From: Lama guanicoe
Taxonomy: Eukaryota
Assembly (NCBI GenBank): GCA_013239625.1
Contig: MU053487.1
Span: forward strand, 1,445,058-1,507,057
DNA length: 62,000 nucleotides
Direction of reading: 5' to 3'
Below are positions 49,684 through 61,960 of the stretch, piece after piece. A model generated the notes under the pieces. It was not told the origin of the DNA, made no database searches, and saw nothing but the letters and a program-made list of their open reading frames with translations. How positions within the stretch are numbered: position 1 is the first letter of the stretch; each line of letters begins with the position of its first letter. The translations under genes and the position numbers were made by a program.

Positions 49684-50254
49684 TGAAAGACGAATACTGC
49701 ATGATGTCATTCATATGTGGAATCTAAAAAAGACAACAAATCAGTGAATGTAACAGAAAAGAAGCAGACTCACAGATGTCGAGAAGGAACTAGTGGTTGC
49801 CAGTAGGGAGAGGGAAGGGGGAGGGGCAAGATGGGGTGGTTACAAACCACTGGGTGTAAGACAGGCTCAAGCATGTATTGTCCAACACAGAGTAGAGCCA
49901 ACAATTTGTAATAACTGTAAATGGAAAGTAACCTTTACAAATTGTATTTTATTTTATTTTTAGCTTTTTTGTTGGTTTGGTTTGGGGTTTTTTGGGGAGG
50001 GGTAATTAGGTTTATTTATTTATTTATATTTATTTAATGGAGGTACTAGGGATTTAACCCAGGACCTCGAGCATGCTAAGCATGCGTTCTACCACTGAGC
50101 TAAACCCTTCCCCCACTACAAATTGTATTTTTTAAAAAGACATTCATTCAAAAGAGTGTCTTGGTGAAGAACATGCAGAGCCTGTCCCTTTTGTGATCAT
50201 AAAGATTGACTTATGTGCAATGTAGCCATTTAATAAAAAGCTAGTGTTAGAAAA
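49684..50254 (+). mobile_element. 5'-truncated L1 (artiodactyl-type 3'UTR) with nested SINE and probable 3'-transduced tail
   Basis: gaaagacgaatactgcatgatgtcattcatatgtggaatctaaaa...gtaacctttacaaattgta; TSD aagaactagactc (49671-49683) / aagaactagagtc (50255-50267). Confidence 0.85.
49951..50116 (-). mobile_element. tRNA-derived SINE, vic-1-like (Camelidae)
   Basis: Minus strand: ggggaagggtttagctcagtggtagaacgcatgcttagcatgctcgaggtcctgggttaaatccctagtacctcc; A box TAGCTCAGTGG, B box GGTTAAATCC, A-rich tail, perfect 15-bp TSD tacaaattgtatttt (49936-49950 / 50117-50131). Confidence 0.92.
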
Positions 50255-50410
50255 AAGAACTAGAGTCCTTACCATCCTTTGCTAAGAGAGTGCAACCTTA
50301 AGCTAGTTGAGAGCTCCTTCTTCCATCTGTGGAGCGGGGGTAGAACTCCTCCTGAGTATTCAGCGAATGACTGTCCATAGCGTGAATTTAACTGAGCTTG
50401 GCTTCCTTTC

Positions 50411-50886
50411 TACATTAGTTTCCTAAGGCTACCGTAACAAATGCCTACCAACGGGTGGCTTAAAAAAAGGAAATCTGTTTTCTCACAGTTCAGAAGCCTG
50501 GAAGTCCAAAAGCAAGATGTCAATACAGTTGATTCTTTTTGGAGGTTCTGGGGGAGAATGTGTTCTGTCCCAGCTTCTGGTGACAACAAGCGAGCAGTCC
50601 TCGACCTTCCTTAGCCTGTAGCTGTTATCACTCCAGCCCCGTCTCTGTCTCCACCTGGTCTTCTCCACACTTCCTCACACTTCTGTGTGTCTCCTTGGTG
50701 TCTCTGTTTCAAATCTCTTTCTTCTTTCTCTAATAAAGGCACTGTCACTGGATTTAGGACCCTAATCCAGCACAACCACTTTTTCACCTCATTTTATCTG
50801 CAAAGGCCTATTTCCAAAAGAGGTCACAATCTGAGGTTCCTAGCAAGGGTGAATTTGGTGGAGGAGGACTACCCAAAGCAATGCAC
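50411..50886 (-). mobile_element. MaLR solo LTR, MLT1C-like
   Basis: attagtttcctaaggctaccgtaacaaat...ctcacagttcagaagcctggaagtccaaa...tctgcaaaggcctatttccaaaagaggtcaca. Confidence 0.9.
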
Positions 50887-51819
50887 TTTAATTCTGTTGC
50901 CCTCCCCGCAGAGCATCTTACACAATGTTGGGCATGGAGAAGGTGTCCAACAGGAAGTACAGGGTTATCATGAGCCTGAGATTTTCTAAGAAATCCTTGA
51001 CTCCATAGCCAAAGACTATGTCTCTTAATCCTCAAATATGCTGTCTGAGAAAATCACTCTGTTATTCACAGACCAGAAGAAACCATTAGCATGGCAACTC
51101 TGGAAGTGGTCTGTAAAACCCAAACCCTACTTAGTATTGGTGATGGCAAACAGCATAAAGGCAAGAGCCAGGAACACTTTCTGCCTAAAGTGTACCCCAA
51201 GGCCAGAGTTTCTTTATACTCTGAAAATGGGCCTAAAAGCTGGAACTGTATCCACATGCAAGCAGGAATAATTTTTCAAGTGAATTAGATTTGTTTTTTT
51301 TTAACTCACGTCTCAATACTTTCATTTCAGCCGTAGTCTGTGCATTCTCTGCCCATGGTGTTGTCAGTGTCCTTTCCACATTTGGAGGTTGTGAACTACA
51401 GAGGACTGAGTGAATCCTAGCATCTTCTTTATCAAAGATGGTGAGTCCATACAGTTTTTTATCTTGTCATCACAGTTTCTCTTGTGAAGATGTAGGAGCA
51501 TTTGAACATTTAACCCTTCTGGGGAATTGCAAAGATATGCTTTTGCAAGCTGACCTTTGCAGAAGCTGTTTGTGGTTTAACAGTCCCTCTCACTTATCCT
51601 CCAAAACACCACCTCTGTTTCTAAATATTGTAGTGGAACTTGCTAATATTAATGTTTAAAACAATATATGCAGGCAGTAACATGTTGAGGTTGAAAGTGT
51701 ATTACTGAATAAGGGATTCAGCCTAGGAACATATTCTAACAATGTATTCATGAGGGTAATTCATATGGAATATATAGGACCATCTTTGGGGACTGCTGAT
51801 AGAGTTCATGCCTTCACTT

Positions 51820-52040
51820 CTGGGCTAAAATCTACAGTCCTTGGTATGCAAAGCAAGGTCTTGCATGATCCATTTCTCATTTGCCATCTGTCTGCCTATC
51901 TCTGCCTACTACAACTCTTTCATAATTATCCATCTCTGGAAACTGATGAACGTGGACCATTCTTTGCATAGACCAAGCGCCCTGATCTCCATGCCTTTGC
52001 ACGTACTTATTTTTCTCCCTGGGATGTCTTCTCTTCCTTT
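51820..52040 (+). mobile_element. L2 fragment
   Basis: aaaatctacagtccttggtatg...ctccatgcctttgcacgtacttattttctccctgggatg. Confidence 0.7.
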
Positions 52041-52114
52041 GGGTTATGTGTTATGTGTAGTGAAAGATACATGTGTTTCCAGGAGAAGAATATCTGTACT
52101 GTGTCTCTGAAGTA

Positions 52115-52500
52115 TATAAAATTAGATTAATTATAATTCTTGGTATAAACAGAAATGGGACACTAGCTCACTGAATGAGGAATGGTTAGGTAGGTGTCTC
52201 CAGAGGTGGAAGGAAAGGCTCCCAGCTCCACTCTTCTGCCACTGCCTTGTGTTGGCTGCATCACCAGAGTGTAGATGTTCCAGGAGATACATCTAGACGT
52301 GTCCAGTAGAAGAAAACAGTCATTTCTGTCATTCTTTTCTAGGAGAGAAAAGAAACTTTCCCCAGAGCCCCCAGCAAATAGCCAGTCACATTGCTGTGAA
52401 TAAGATTGTGCCTTAAACTCCCCATTTCTGAACCAAATACCAGGTTTTCAGAATTTCCACAGTCTAATTATTTCAGGTAAATAGATGTTGAGATTTCAGC
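52115..52500 (-). mobile_element. MaLR LTR, MLT1J-like
   Basis: gaaactttccccagagcccccagcaaa...ccatttctgaaccaa. Confidence 0.6.
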
Positions 52501-53074
52501 AGATAAACTTTCTCCTCTTCTAAAATCTAACTGTTACCTACCAATTAACCTATGAATCCTCAGTCACTCCCTCCTTTATAGTTCTGTGGTAGGGTGCATT
52601 ACTATTACACTGTTTAAAATAATTTTTGGTGGAACAATTATGTCACTGTCCATTGTTACGCATATAAATGTGTTTGCAAATAAAGAAATGTCAGTATTTG
52701 ATTGTGGGATTTAGGATCATGCTATCTAGGAATCTGTGAAGACAATGGAAATAGCTCTACTGAATTAATTGATAATACAAAATTTATCCAAGCTAAATTA
52801 ATGAAAAACAAAGGCAAATTGACTATTGATATTGTAACTAAAAGGGAATAACTCTTCTAGACAAGTATGAAACACATGCCATTAATAAGAAATATTGTTT
52901 AAAAATACTCAGTTACAAATACCCACAAACAGTGCTAGCCTGTCTCTGTTCAGCTGATGCTGGAACATGCTGGAAAGATCATTAACCCCCCAACATCAGT
53001 TTTGACGTTGGCTGTTGAGGTAGGCAGTTTACTGGAAGACAGAAAAATGTGATTCTCATCTCACCCCTTAGATT

Positions 53075-53200
53075 TACAGAACCTGAGACCTTGGGAAAGT
53101 TACTTAACTATTCTGAAGTTTTCCCAATTGAAAAATTACCTGGCTCACATACAATTCACGTAACATAATGCACGCAAAGTGTTTTGTAAGTTGTATAATA
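53075..53200 (+). mobile_element. MIR SINE
   Basis: tgagaccttgggaaagttacttaact...ataatgcacgcaaagtgttttgtaag. Confidence 0.75.
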
Positions 53201-53213
53201 AAGATCTTGCCCT

Positions 53214-53245
<32 letters not shown>

Positions 53246-53251
53246 AATGAT
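53214..53251. repeat. (ATG)n microsatellite
   Basis: About 10 perfect ATG units plus an imperfect end. Confidence 0.97.
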
Positions 53252-53639
53252 CACTATTATTATCTGGTACATCAACTCAATGAAAAGTTTCTGAAAACCT
53301 GTCCTTTATCTGTCCTCTGTTAATTACAAGGACTATCATCTCTTCCAACATGTACAGCTTAGGAGACATATGAACAAAAGCCTACATTTCAGGAATGTGT
53401 TCAGATCCCATGTTTAAAGAACAAGTTGTTCAGGACAAATCAGTGTGATATAGACGCTAAGTACAGTGTTCTACAGGACCTCACATTACTGCTCAATAAA
53501 CGTACTGAAAATTATGCATGCACTTTCCCTTTCTTGTCTTGTAAAATCTCCAGATCATCCTTGACCTTGTCATATTTGTTATTTCCCAAATACCTTAACT
53601 TTATCCCTTCCCCTCAGACATTACTGTACCTCTTTCATC

Positions 53640-54030
53640 GTCCTTCATCCAGATTACAATTTTCTTGATTGGATTTTGGTTCTCCCATGGTTTCTCCTTC
53701 TGATCCACCTTCCCTGATTTTTTTTCCTGCATCGAATGCCCTTTCTAAAATTCAAATTTGTCATCATTTCCTTCCATAAACACTTTCATAACCCCTTATG
53801 GGCTATGGATAAATCTGTTTCTTAACTGGTTTACATGGTCCTGCATCTGACTTCTCAGTCCATTGCCACAACTCTCACATGGTGAGCACCAACCCATCCA
53901 TGTTGGCCAAAAGTTGCAGTTTCCCTATGAACAGTCTGCTTTAAAAGCATCTTTTATTACCCCTTTCAACTGAGGAGCATTCATCATTAAGACTTAAATG
54001 AACCTAATCTCAGGTATTTAAGCCTTCTCC
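53640..54030 (+). mobile_element. L2 fragment
   Basis: ctttctaaaattcaaatttgtcatcat...aaacactttcaata...ggataaatc...catggtcctgc. Confidence 0.6.
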
Positions 54031-56179
54031 AAACAGGACTAAGCTCTTACTCTTAGAGGATTCTCCTTAATGTAATCTTAGTTCTTAATGTTGAGTACTA
54101 CCCAGGGGCCTGCACATCCACAATGACTCCAGAAACCTCCCTGAAGTTCTCAACATGCAAAGGACTTCAGCTATAACAGCAAGAAATAGCACACTTGGTT
54201 TTAGGGAGCAGAGGGTCCTGATATACATCCTCAAAATCCCTCTTTACTGACTGTTCTGGCTAATCATAATGTGAGCCATTTGCAGTCCCCTATGAGATGC
54301 CAAGTAATTTCTTTGCAAATGACGCACAGGGGACAACTAGGGAATGAGTTCAGGAAAACGATTCTACCATATTTTGTACCTGCAAATATGGGATTAAGCT
54401 GTGAATAGCGTCATTGGAGGGTTGCAGTGATCAGGAATTTCAATTTTAAAAAAGTAATGCATTGAATTTCACCCAAACTTTTATCCACTGCTTCTCAAGT
54501 AGGATCAAAAACTAAATGCAGATTTGGCATTTTACATCAATCTGTATTTGACTTAAGACTATACCAAATAAAAGATAGAACTGAATATTTTTGTTCAGAG
54601 CTGGAAAACCTACACTTCTTTTCAAAGGCTTGTAACTGAAAACTCGCTTCTATATTTCAGTCAAAGTTTTCTAAAAGGAATTTTTCTTCCGGCCAGAGAT
54701 TTTACAAGAAAATGTTCAAATGGAGAAAAAAAAAAAAGAAAAAGAAAAAGGGAAAGCTTTTAACAGAAAGTTAATAGGGTGGCTTAAATGGAACCTGAGA
54801 TGGAAGCATTCGCCCCCTTAATGTGACTCTCTGTGGAACTTCAAAAGGAAAGACAGCGGGACAGTCATGCACTAAATGCAGGGATGAGGGTGGGCTGCTG
54901 CTGTCATGAGCTGGGGATGGTTACTTCAGTTCTGAATGTATTTTCTCTGCAACTAAAGCAGTTGCCTGTGGTATTTAGATTATTTAAGCACCAGAATAGC
55001 CATTGGCTGGAAAATTAGCATGCCTCTCAGTGGACCCTGTTCTCCGCTTTGCAGAGAGGACAATCAGGTCGAGTTGTCAGTTTTCATCATAGAGAAAATG
55101 TGCTCCTAAGAACACAAGATATTAGAGACACTTTCTTGTACTCTCAGAAAAATACCTGATCGTGTGACATTTTCCATTCTGTTTCCAACCTTTGTCATGA
55201 CAATAAGAGCTCCAAATGTGACTGTTGGTTATCTAAATGCCACTGATGGTCCTTTACATGGATAAAAATGAATGTTGATGGAGTAGCCAGTTGTGTAAAC
55301 AGTGTAGCTCTCTGCTTGGTATGAGGCGACACTAAATATTATTTAAGCCTGAATTAGAACTCATCCTTAGTCTTGCCCGAAGCCTGAAACATAAAATTCT
55401 GTTGAGTATTTTTACTGATTCATTCACTTTTACTGATTCATTCATTACGGAATCTACCTGTCATGGGCTTTTTAATTTGGCTTCAGCTCTGTTCATTGTT
55501 GAATAATTTTGTATAGGAACACAAAATACAAAATCTAATAACCCAGTAGAGTTTTTACTCAGAATAATATTTATCTGTATTTGATGTCCATCTAAATGTT
55601 TAATAAGGAATATATCTAAGCTATTGCTGCTGTATTCCTGTTGTCATCGAAACTCCTCCTAACCAAAAAACTCAGAAGGGGCAAAGCCAAGCTGAGCTCT
55701 CAGAGCCAGGGAAATAACGTTCCACTGACTAAGAGCAATGAGACATGGAGGTTCAATGAGCTAGATCGTGGGCTAAAGAAAACCCAGACCCATCTTTGTG
55801 TGCCAAGAACAAGCTCAGGTTCAAGTCAGGAGGGCTCAAATCCAGGTGGAAGCAAGAAAGCAGACGTGTATAGAGAGCAGAGCACGGTCGGGGGAAGTCC
55901 AGGCCTCCCAGTGGTACTGATGTTGGTAGAGTGGTATAGGATATCTTAAGTGGCACTGTCTGAAAAGGCACAGAGATAGAGCAGGTATGAACTTCTTTAT
56001 TCAAACAATTGTTTGGAAAAGAAACAGCCATACCTGAGGGTATCAAGGAGCAAAGGGCTGAAATCCGTGCAAGGTATCTTTTACTGCTCACTCCACTTAG
56101 TGACAGTACACCCATATGCAACTGTGGCCCAAGCCACAGAAGGCGACTTCCTTAAGGAAGTCCTTCTGAAAGTGAGCTT

Positions 56180-56364
56180 GCTACACTGATTACAGAGCTT
56201 GAACTTCACATGAACTGTTTACCTGCTGTATGACCTTGGGCAAAGGTGTTTGTTTGTTTGTTCTTAACATCTCTGCCCCAGTTTTCTCATTTCCCAAACG
56301 GGAATGATAATAGTGCATCTCTCATAATGTTATCATTAATATTAGATAAGTCAATGTACGTAAG
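56180..56364 (+). mobile_element. MIR SINE
   Basis: gctgtatgaccttgggcaaag...cttaacatctctgccccagttttctcatt. Confidence 0.85.
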
Positions 56365-57054
56365 TGGATCGTAGTTCTCAGAACTAATGGCTACGTGGGA
56401 TGACAGGAGGGCCTGGCATCTGGAATCTCTACAAATACATCTCACGTTTTCCCAGCTTGTCTACTCTGTCCTGCTGCCTGGCATTGCAGGAGAGGGGATG
56501 GGGGGGATGTGCTATCAGCGGAAGGAAATCTTTCATAGTCATGTGATACTTATATCCCAGAAACCTTCAAGAGGAAGAACCCTAAACTAAAAATGAGATA
56601 GACTGAATGAAGATTTTAAGAACCAAGTGTTTTTAAACACACAGCTCAAACCCAGTCAAAGACCTCTCCTTGTTTTTCTGACAGTAGAAGTCTCATGCCC
56701 TCTTTGGTGAAAAATAGTATTAACTCTAGTCTCTATTATTTTTGTTTAAACCCAATGTGAGAATACAACAAGGAAAGTATGAAACATGTAGAAGCTCTGA
56801 AAATATGATACATAGGTAAAGGTAAAAATTATATAATAGAAGCAGATCCACAGAGATTCTAATATTAAAATTTAAAAACAATGTATTGAAAATAAGTATT
56901 ATAAATTTGGTGAAGAAATTATTAAAAATGAGCAAAAATGGACCAATGATAAAGAATTACAGCAGAGGAAAATGAAACAGGAAAGTAAATGTATAGAAAT
57001 ATGTATTATATATGTATGCATATGATATAGGAATATTATATATCATTCTCAAAT

Positions 57055-58500
57055 CATATGGAAAAACTATAAAGCCCTAACGAGAGAAATCAAAGAACAA
57101 AATCCACTGGAAGGTATTCCACATACATGTTTAGGAAGGTCAATATTGTGAGATATCAGTTCTTAACAAATTATCTATAGATTCAACATAATCCTAATCA
57201 AAATTCCAGCGAAGTGTTTTGTGGATATCAAAGAACTGGTTCTAATGTTTATATGGAGAGGCAAAGATCCCAGAGTAGCCAACATAATCCTGAAGGGGAA
57301 GAACAAAGTCCAAGAACTGACACTACCGACTTACCAAAAAGCTACAGTAGTAACCAACACACTGTGGTACTAATAAAAGAATAGAAATATAGGTTGAAAT
57401 AGATGTCCCAGAAAAGAAACACACACAAATATATTCAACTGATTTTGTAAAAAGAGCAAAGGCAATTCAATGGAGAAAGGATAATTTTTTAAATAAATGA
57501 TATTGAAACAATTGTACAATATCCAAATAAATAAATAAAACAGTCTAGACACAGACCTTACGCCTTTAACAAAAATCACCTTACAAAGGATCATAAACCT
57601 AGATATAAAATCCAAACTATAAAACTCATTAGAAATAACATGAGAAAATCTAGGTGACCTCAGATTTGACAATGACTTCTTAAACACAACACTAAAATTG
57701 ATAAATTGGACTCCATTAAAATTAAAAATGACTGTTCTGCAAAAGAAACCATTAGGAGAATGAAAAGACAAGCAAAACACATTTTGACAAAGGAGAGAAT
57801 ATTTGCAAACATGCATTTGCAAAGGACTGGTATCCAAAAATACATAAAAACTCTTAAAACTCAACAATGAGAAAGCAAATAACTAGATTAAAAATGGGCC
57901 AGACACCTCACCAAGTAAGATACATAGATGGCAAATAAGCATATGAAAAGATGCTCCACATCATATGTGCTTAGGGAGGTGCAAATTAAAACAACAAAGT
58001 GATACCTAGAGAGTATTATGCTAAATGAAATGAGACAGAGAGAGAAAAATACTGTATGATTTCACTTCTATGTGGAATCTAAAAAACAAAAGAAATGAAC
58101 AAACATGACAAAACAGAAACAGTTTCATAGACACAGAGAACAAATCAGTGGTTGCCAGAAGGGACAGGGGTGGGAAGAGGAAATAGGTGAGAAAAAAAAT
58201 GTAGTATCACTGCACATCTATTAGAACAGTCAGAATCCAAAACACTGATGACACCAAATGTGGTGAAGATATGGAGCAACAGGAACTCTCATTGATTGAT
58301 AGTGGAAATGCAGTATGGTATAGCTATTTCAGAAGACAGTTCGGCCATTTCTAACTAACTAAACATACACTTACCATATGATTTAGCAATCATGCTCCTA
58401 TTTACCCAAAGGAGTTGAAAACCTATATCCACACAGAAAACTGCACATGAATGTTTATTTATAACTGCTAAAGCTTAGAAGAAATCAAGATGTTCTTCAA
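57055..58500 (+). mobile_element. L1MB/MC-like ORF2 3' half, interrupted at 58004-58199
   Basis: atctatagattcaacataatcctaatcaaaattccagc; ctgttctgcaaaagaaacc; gagcaacaggaactctcatt; tttacccaaaggagttgaaaacctatatccacac. Confidence 0.92.
58004..58199 (+). mobile_element. Internal fragment of a younger L1 3' region nested in the older L1
   Basis: acctagagagtattatgctaaatgaaat...tatgtggaatctaaaaaac...gtggttgccagaagg, ending in A8. Confidence 0.85.
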
Positions 58501-58849
58501 TATAGTTCTTTGCGTCTCTTTGTTTTCCTCTTGCATTTGTCATCTTTGGAGTATATTTAGCCAGAATTTATTAACCAAAAAAAAAAGAAAAAAGGAAAAA
58601 AAGTAGTAACAAATGTCTCACTAGGCATTCTGGGTTTAGCTTCAGACATGAGACAACAGTGGAGTTTAATAATACTCCTCCTGGAGTCTCTTCTGCTGAG
58701 CAAGAGATCCTCTCCATCACTTTAGCCCTCCAGACAGTTCTCCAAATTCTAAATTTACTGTTAAGAAGGCCAAGGCATCTAGACCACAAAAAGAGAAAAT
58801 AGGTTTATGATGATAATTTACTTGCATTCATGATTTTTTTCCTACTCAG

Positions 58850-59090
58850 AAAGGTAGCTGAGTGTCAGAACTGCATGGACCCTGAGCCCACAAGAAGCCA
58901 GGCCTTATCATGGCACTCACAGCCCCTTACTAGCTGCAAGTCCCTCAATGTCTGAGCCTCAGTTTTCCTTCCTGTGAAATGGGATGCTGATATCTACCTC
59001 ACAAGCTGTTGTGGGAGTAAATGCAATGCCTCTTAAGCACCTGACACATACAAAAGGCTCAGTGAACCATAATTTGCATTGTTATTGTTA
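58850..59090 (+). mobile_element. MIR SINE
   Basis: cttactagctg...tctgagcctcagttttccttcctgtgaaatgggatg...tacctcacaagctgttgtg. Confidence 0.85.
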
Positions 59091-59244
59091 CAATACTAAT
59101 CATTACTACAGGAAAAGAGTTTGTCACTGTTCAGATTCACATACTTTTGGTAATTGCTGGGCTTCTGCCCAGCACAAATTACATACTGCTCTTAGAACTG
59201 CCAGTGGGTTGATGGGTAGTATGTTTACTGTAATCACTTTAATG

Positions 59245-59414
59245 CTTTGGTGGCTAACAGATCTCTTGGGATACTTGGTTAAAATGCAGGTCTCTGGGTT
59301 CCGACTACAGAGCTTTTGATTCATAAGGTCCTGCCATGGGACCTGCGGATCGACGTGGTAAGAAGCAATCTTCTTACTCAGGTGATTCCAGGAACATAAT
59401 TGAGGAAATACTGC
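59245..59414. mobile_element. MER5-like hAT MITE
   Basis: cttggttaaaatgcaggtctctgggttcc...tgattca...caggtgattc...ttgaggaaatactgc. Confidence 0.7.
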
Positions 59415-59723
59415 TTTGGTTCCACGGTGAGCCCTGCAGTCTACATTTGTTATTTTATTTAATCTTCACAATAAATTTAGGTGATACAAACTGGAAAAAA
59501 TCAAGCTGAAAAATTTTAGGTCTATTTAAATATATCCAAAAAAAGAGGATGTTTCAAACCATCGCTTAACCCGCTCACACACTTCTGTATGGAGGAGTTA
59601 GAGGCTTGCCAGACCTTGGCAGAGGGTCACACGTCAACGCAGGTTTGCTTAATCTGGGTCCTCTTGAGTAATACCCACCAGGTCCTCAGAGATGGATTAT
59701 CTAAGGGATTCTGACGCACAGAG

Positions 59724-59913
59724 CAGGCCTCACCAGGATTTGAAACTGTGCGGCCACACAGGGCTCTGCACAAAGAGGGCCTCTGTGTTTAGAAGAGTCC
59801 TGTGCTTGGTTTAATGCTCTGCTGTTGCCATCTTGAAGTTTTCAGTAATTTTTGAGCAAGAGAGTCTCGCATTCCGTTTAGCGCTGGGCTCTACCAGTGC
59901 GGATCTGATCCTG
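59724..59913 (+). mobile_element. MER91A-like hAT-Tip100 MITE
   Basis: gcttggtttaatgctctgctgttgccatcttgaagttttcagtaatttttgagcaag; cag...ctg termini. Confidence 0.85.
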
Positions 59914-60367
59914 TTGAGAATCTTGATGATATCAACAAGTTAAATTACTCTCAGGTACCAAGTAAAGGAACCGAGTCTAACGTATGGGTTCAGAATTTCA
60001 GATGTGGGTTCATCCCCCCGACATCACACTGGTCAAAATGAACAGAGCCAGAATTTAAATTCAGGTTGGCAATCGGTCATGAGACCCTGATTTTGCAAGT
60101 AACTGCAGAGGTCAACTGGGGAAAGGTGTGCCTCCAGGAGAAGGCGCCAGGCAGACCTGGAATCAAAGGGCCTCAGCTGAGTGGGCAGGGATGACTATTC
60201 TTTAAGTCACAGTAACTGGTCCTGGAAAAACACAACTAGCAAAGCTAGGCCCTCCATCCTGATTGAGTTCTGCTCAAATCCTTCCTGCTGTAGCTTTAAG
60301 CCTATTTCCCTGTGCTGCTGCCTCAGGAGAGCAAAAGACATCCAACCACATTCCTTCTTTTCATCCT

Positions 60368-60421
60368 TATTTTATTTTATTTTATTTTATTTATTTATTT
60401 ATTTATTTATACTTATTTTTT
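60368..60421. repeat. (TTTTA)n/(TTTA)n simple repeat
   Basis: Visible directly. Confidence 0.9.
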
Positions 60422-61059
60422 CAGTGAGAACAAAGCAATTTTATTCGTATTTCCCTTTTACATGCGGATCCTGATCAGGAAAGAGAGAGATAAGACTGGT
60501 TTTGAGCATTTGCTCCAAGAAGATATTCGGGCCCACTCTATGTCATTTATACAGATTCTCATATTAGAATCATTCTCACCACTCTGACTCCTTGAACTTG
60601 ACTTTCAGCAGGGGCACCCTTATTTTAGACTTAAAGATATTACTTAATTTTGTTCCTACTGACATGTTGATTAAAGCAAGGGGAAAAATACATATTATAT
60701 CTTTTTATATGTACCACCGTCCTCCTTTGTTTTACATTTAACCTGCAAAGCATGGCAGGATAAACTCCACCTTTTTCTCCTTCCTTCATCTGCAATGGCA
60801 TTTCCCAAGGGTATTTTTAAAGTCCAAATGGAAAAAATAACACAGCCTTCTGTGAAAGAAGAGGAAAAAAATGCCAAGTGATTAAGAACTGTTTTACCCC
60901 CACCCCCCACCCCCGCAATCTCTATCTGAAACAAAAGCGTTTGGCTTTGTTTCATTTATAAGTAGAACTAAGCAAACTCAGCAACACCTATAACTTTCAA
61001 GCCCTAAACTTCTCTCCCTACAAATCAGAAGTACAGTACAGACCTTACAGACAAAATGG

Positions 61060-61235
61060 GGAGCTAACACATATGAGACAGTGTGGCGAGGAATGGGCAA
61101 CGCGAAATTTGCAGACAGGTAAAAATAAGTTTGGTTTTCATGAAACATTTGAGAATTGTGTCACCTTGGGATTTTTTTTTTTCTTGAGCTTCTCTCAATC
61201 TGTTTCTTCATTCCATAAATGGCAATTGCATTAGA
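61060..61235 (+). mobile_element. MIR/MIR3 SINE
   Basis: gtgtcaccttggg...tctctcaatctgtttcttcattccataaatgg. Confidence 0.55.
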
Positions 61236-61775
61236 TATACCAGAGGTGAGGTTTTAAATTTAAGTGCAAAGGGGTTGGGAGTGGATAGAACAGTGTCATT
61301 AATTACCCTTGCTGGGACCTGTTGGCCTGTTGCACTTCCCCCTGATTAGGGCTCGCTTCCATCGTGGGAGCTGGTGGTGGGAATGATGGCAAAATGAGGA
61401 AGTGAGCAGAGCTGAGAACAAACCAAAACACCGAGGTGGGTGGGGAAAACCAGTTGGAGAAGGGATTTCAGGCTGGTTACCAAGGGAGGAGGCCAGAAGA
61501 AGGTTTGAAAGCTGGAGGAGCAGAGCCAGGGAAACTCTAAGGGCCAACCTGTCTCGTCTATATGGATGGGGCAGGTCCAGGATTATTTGCCATATAGCAA
61601 GCTTTGCCCTCACTCCCAGTTCCTGGCACTTCAGAAACTCCTGCCAGTCCTTTGCAATTATACATGAACACTGTTTAATTACCCAGGGAAATACTATGTC
61701 TAGGGGAAGTGTCCAAGGGGAAAGTAGGACACCTGTGACCTTGGATGACAGTCATCCTGGGAAGATTCTCCCAGA

Positions 61776-61960
61776 CAGTGTTCTTAAACTGCAGCATGCA
61801 TCAGAATCTCTTGGGGAGGTTCATTAAAATTCACTGCAGGGCCCATGGTCAGAGTTTCTGATTCACTAGGTCTGAGGTAGGACCTGAGAATGAACATTTC
61901 TAATGGCTCTCAGGTGAGGCTGTTGCTACTAGTCCAGGGAACACATTTTGAAAACCACTG
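61776..61960. mobile_element. MER5A (hAT-Charlie MITE), full length
   Basis: TIRs cagtgttcttaaa / tttgaaaaccactg; gcatcagaatc...cagagtttctgattca...cctgagaatgaacatttctaa. Confidence 0.92.

Noticed and set aside
50038..50114. tRNA-like sequence on the minus strand
   Set aside because: It is the SINE head: mutated B box, A-rich tail and 15-bp TSD, so not a tRNA gene.
61299..61827. 104-aa and 141-aa ORFs in a purine-rich block
   Set aside because: No recognisable domain. The region may be an old LTR and runs into MER5A, but I could not assign a family confidently.
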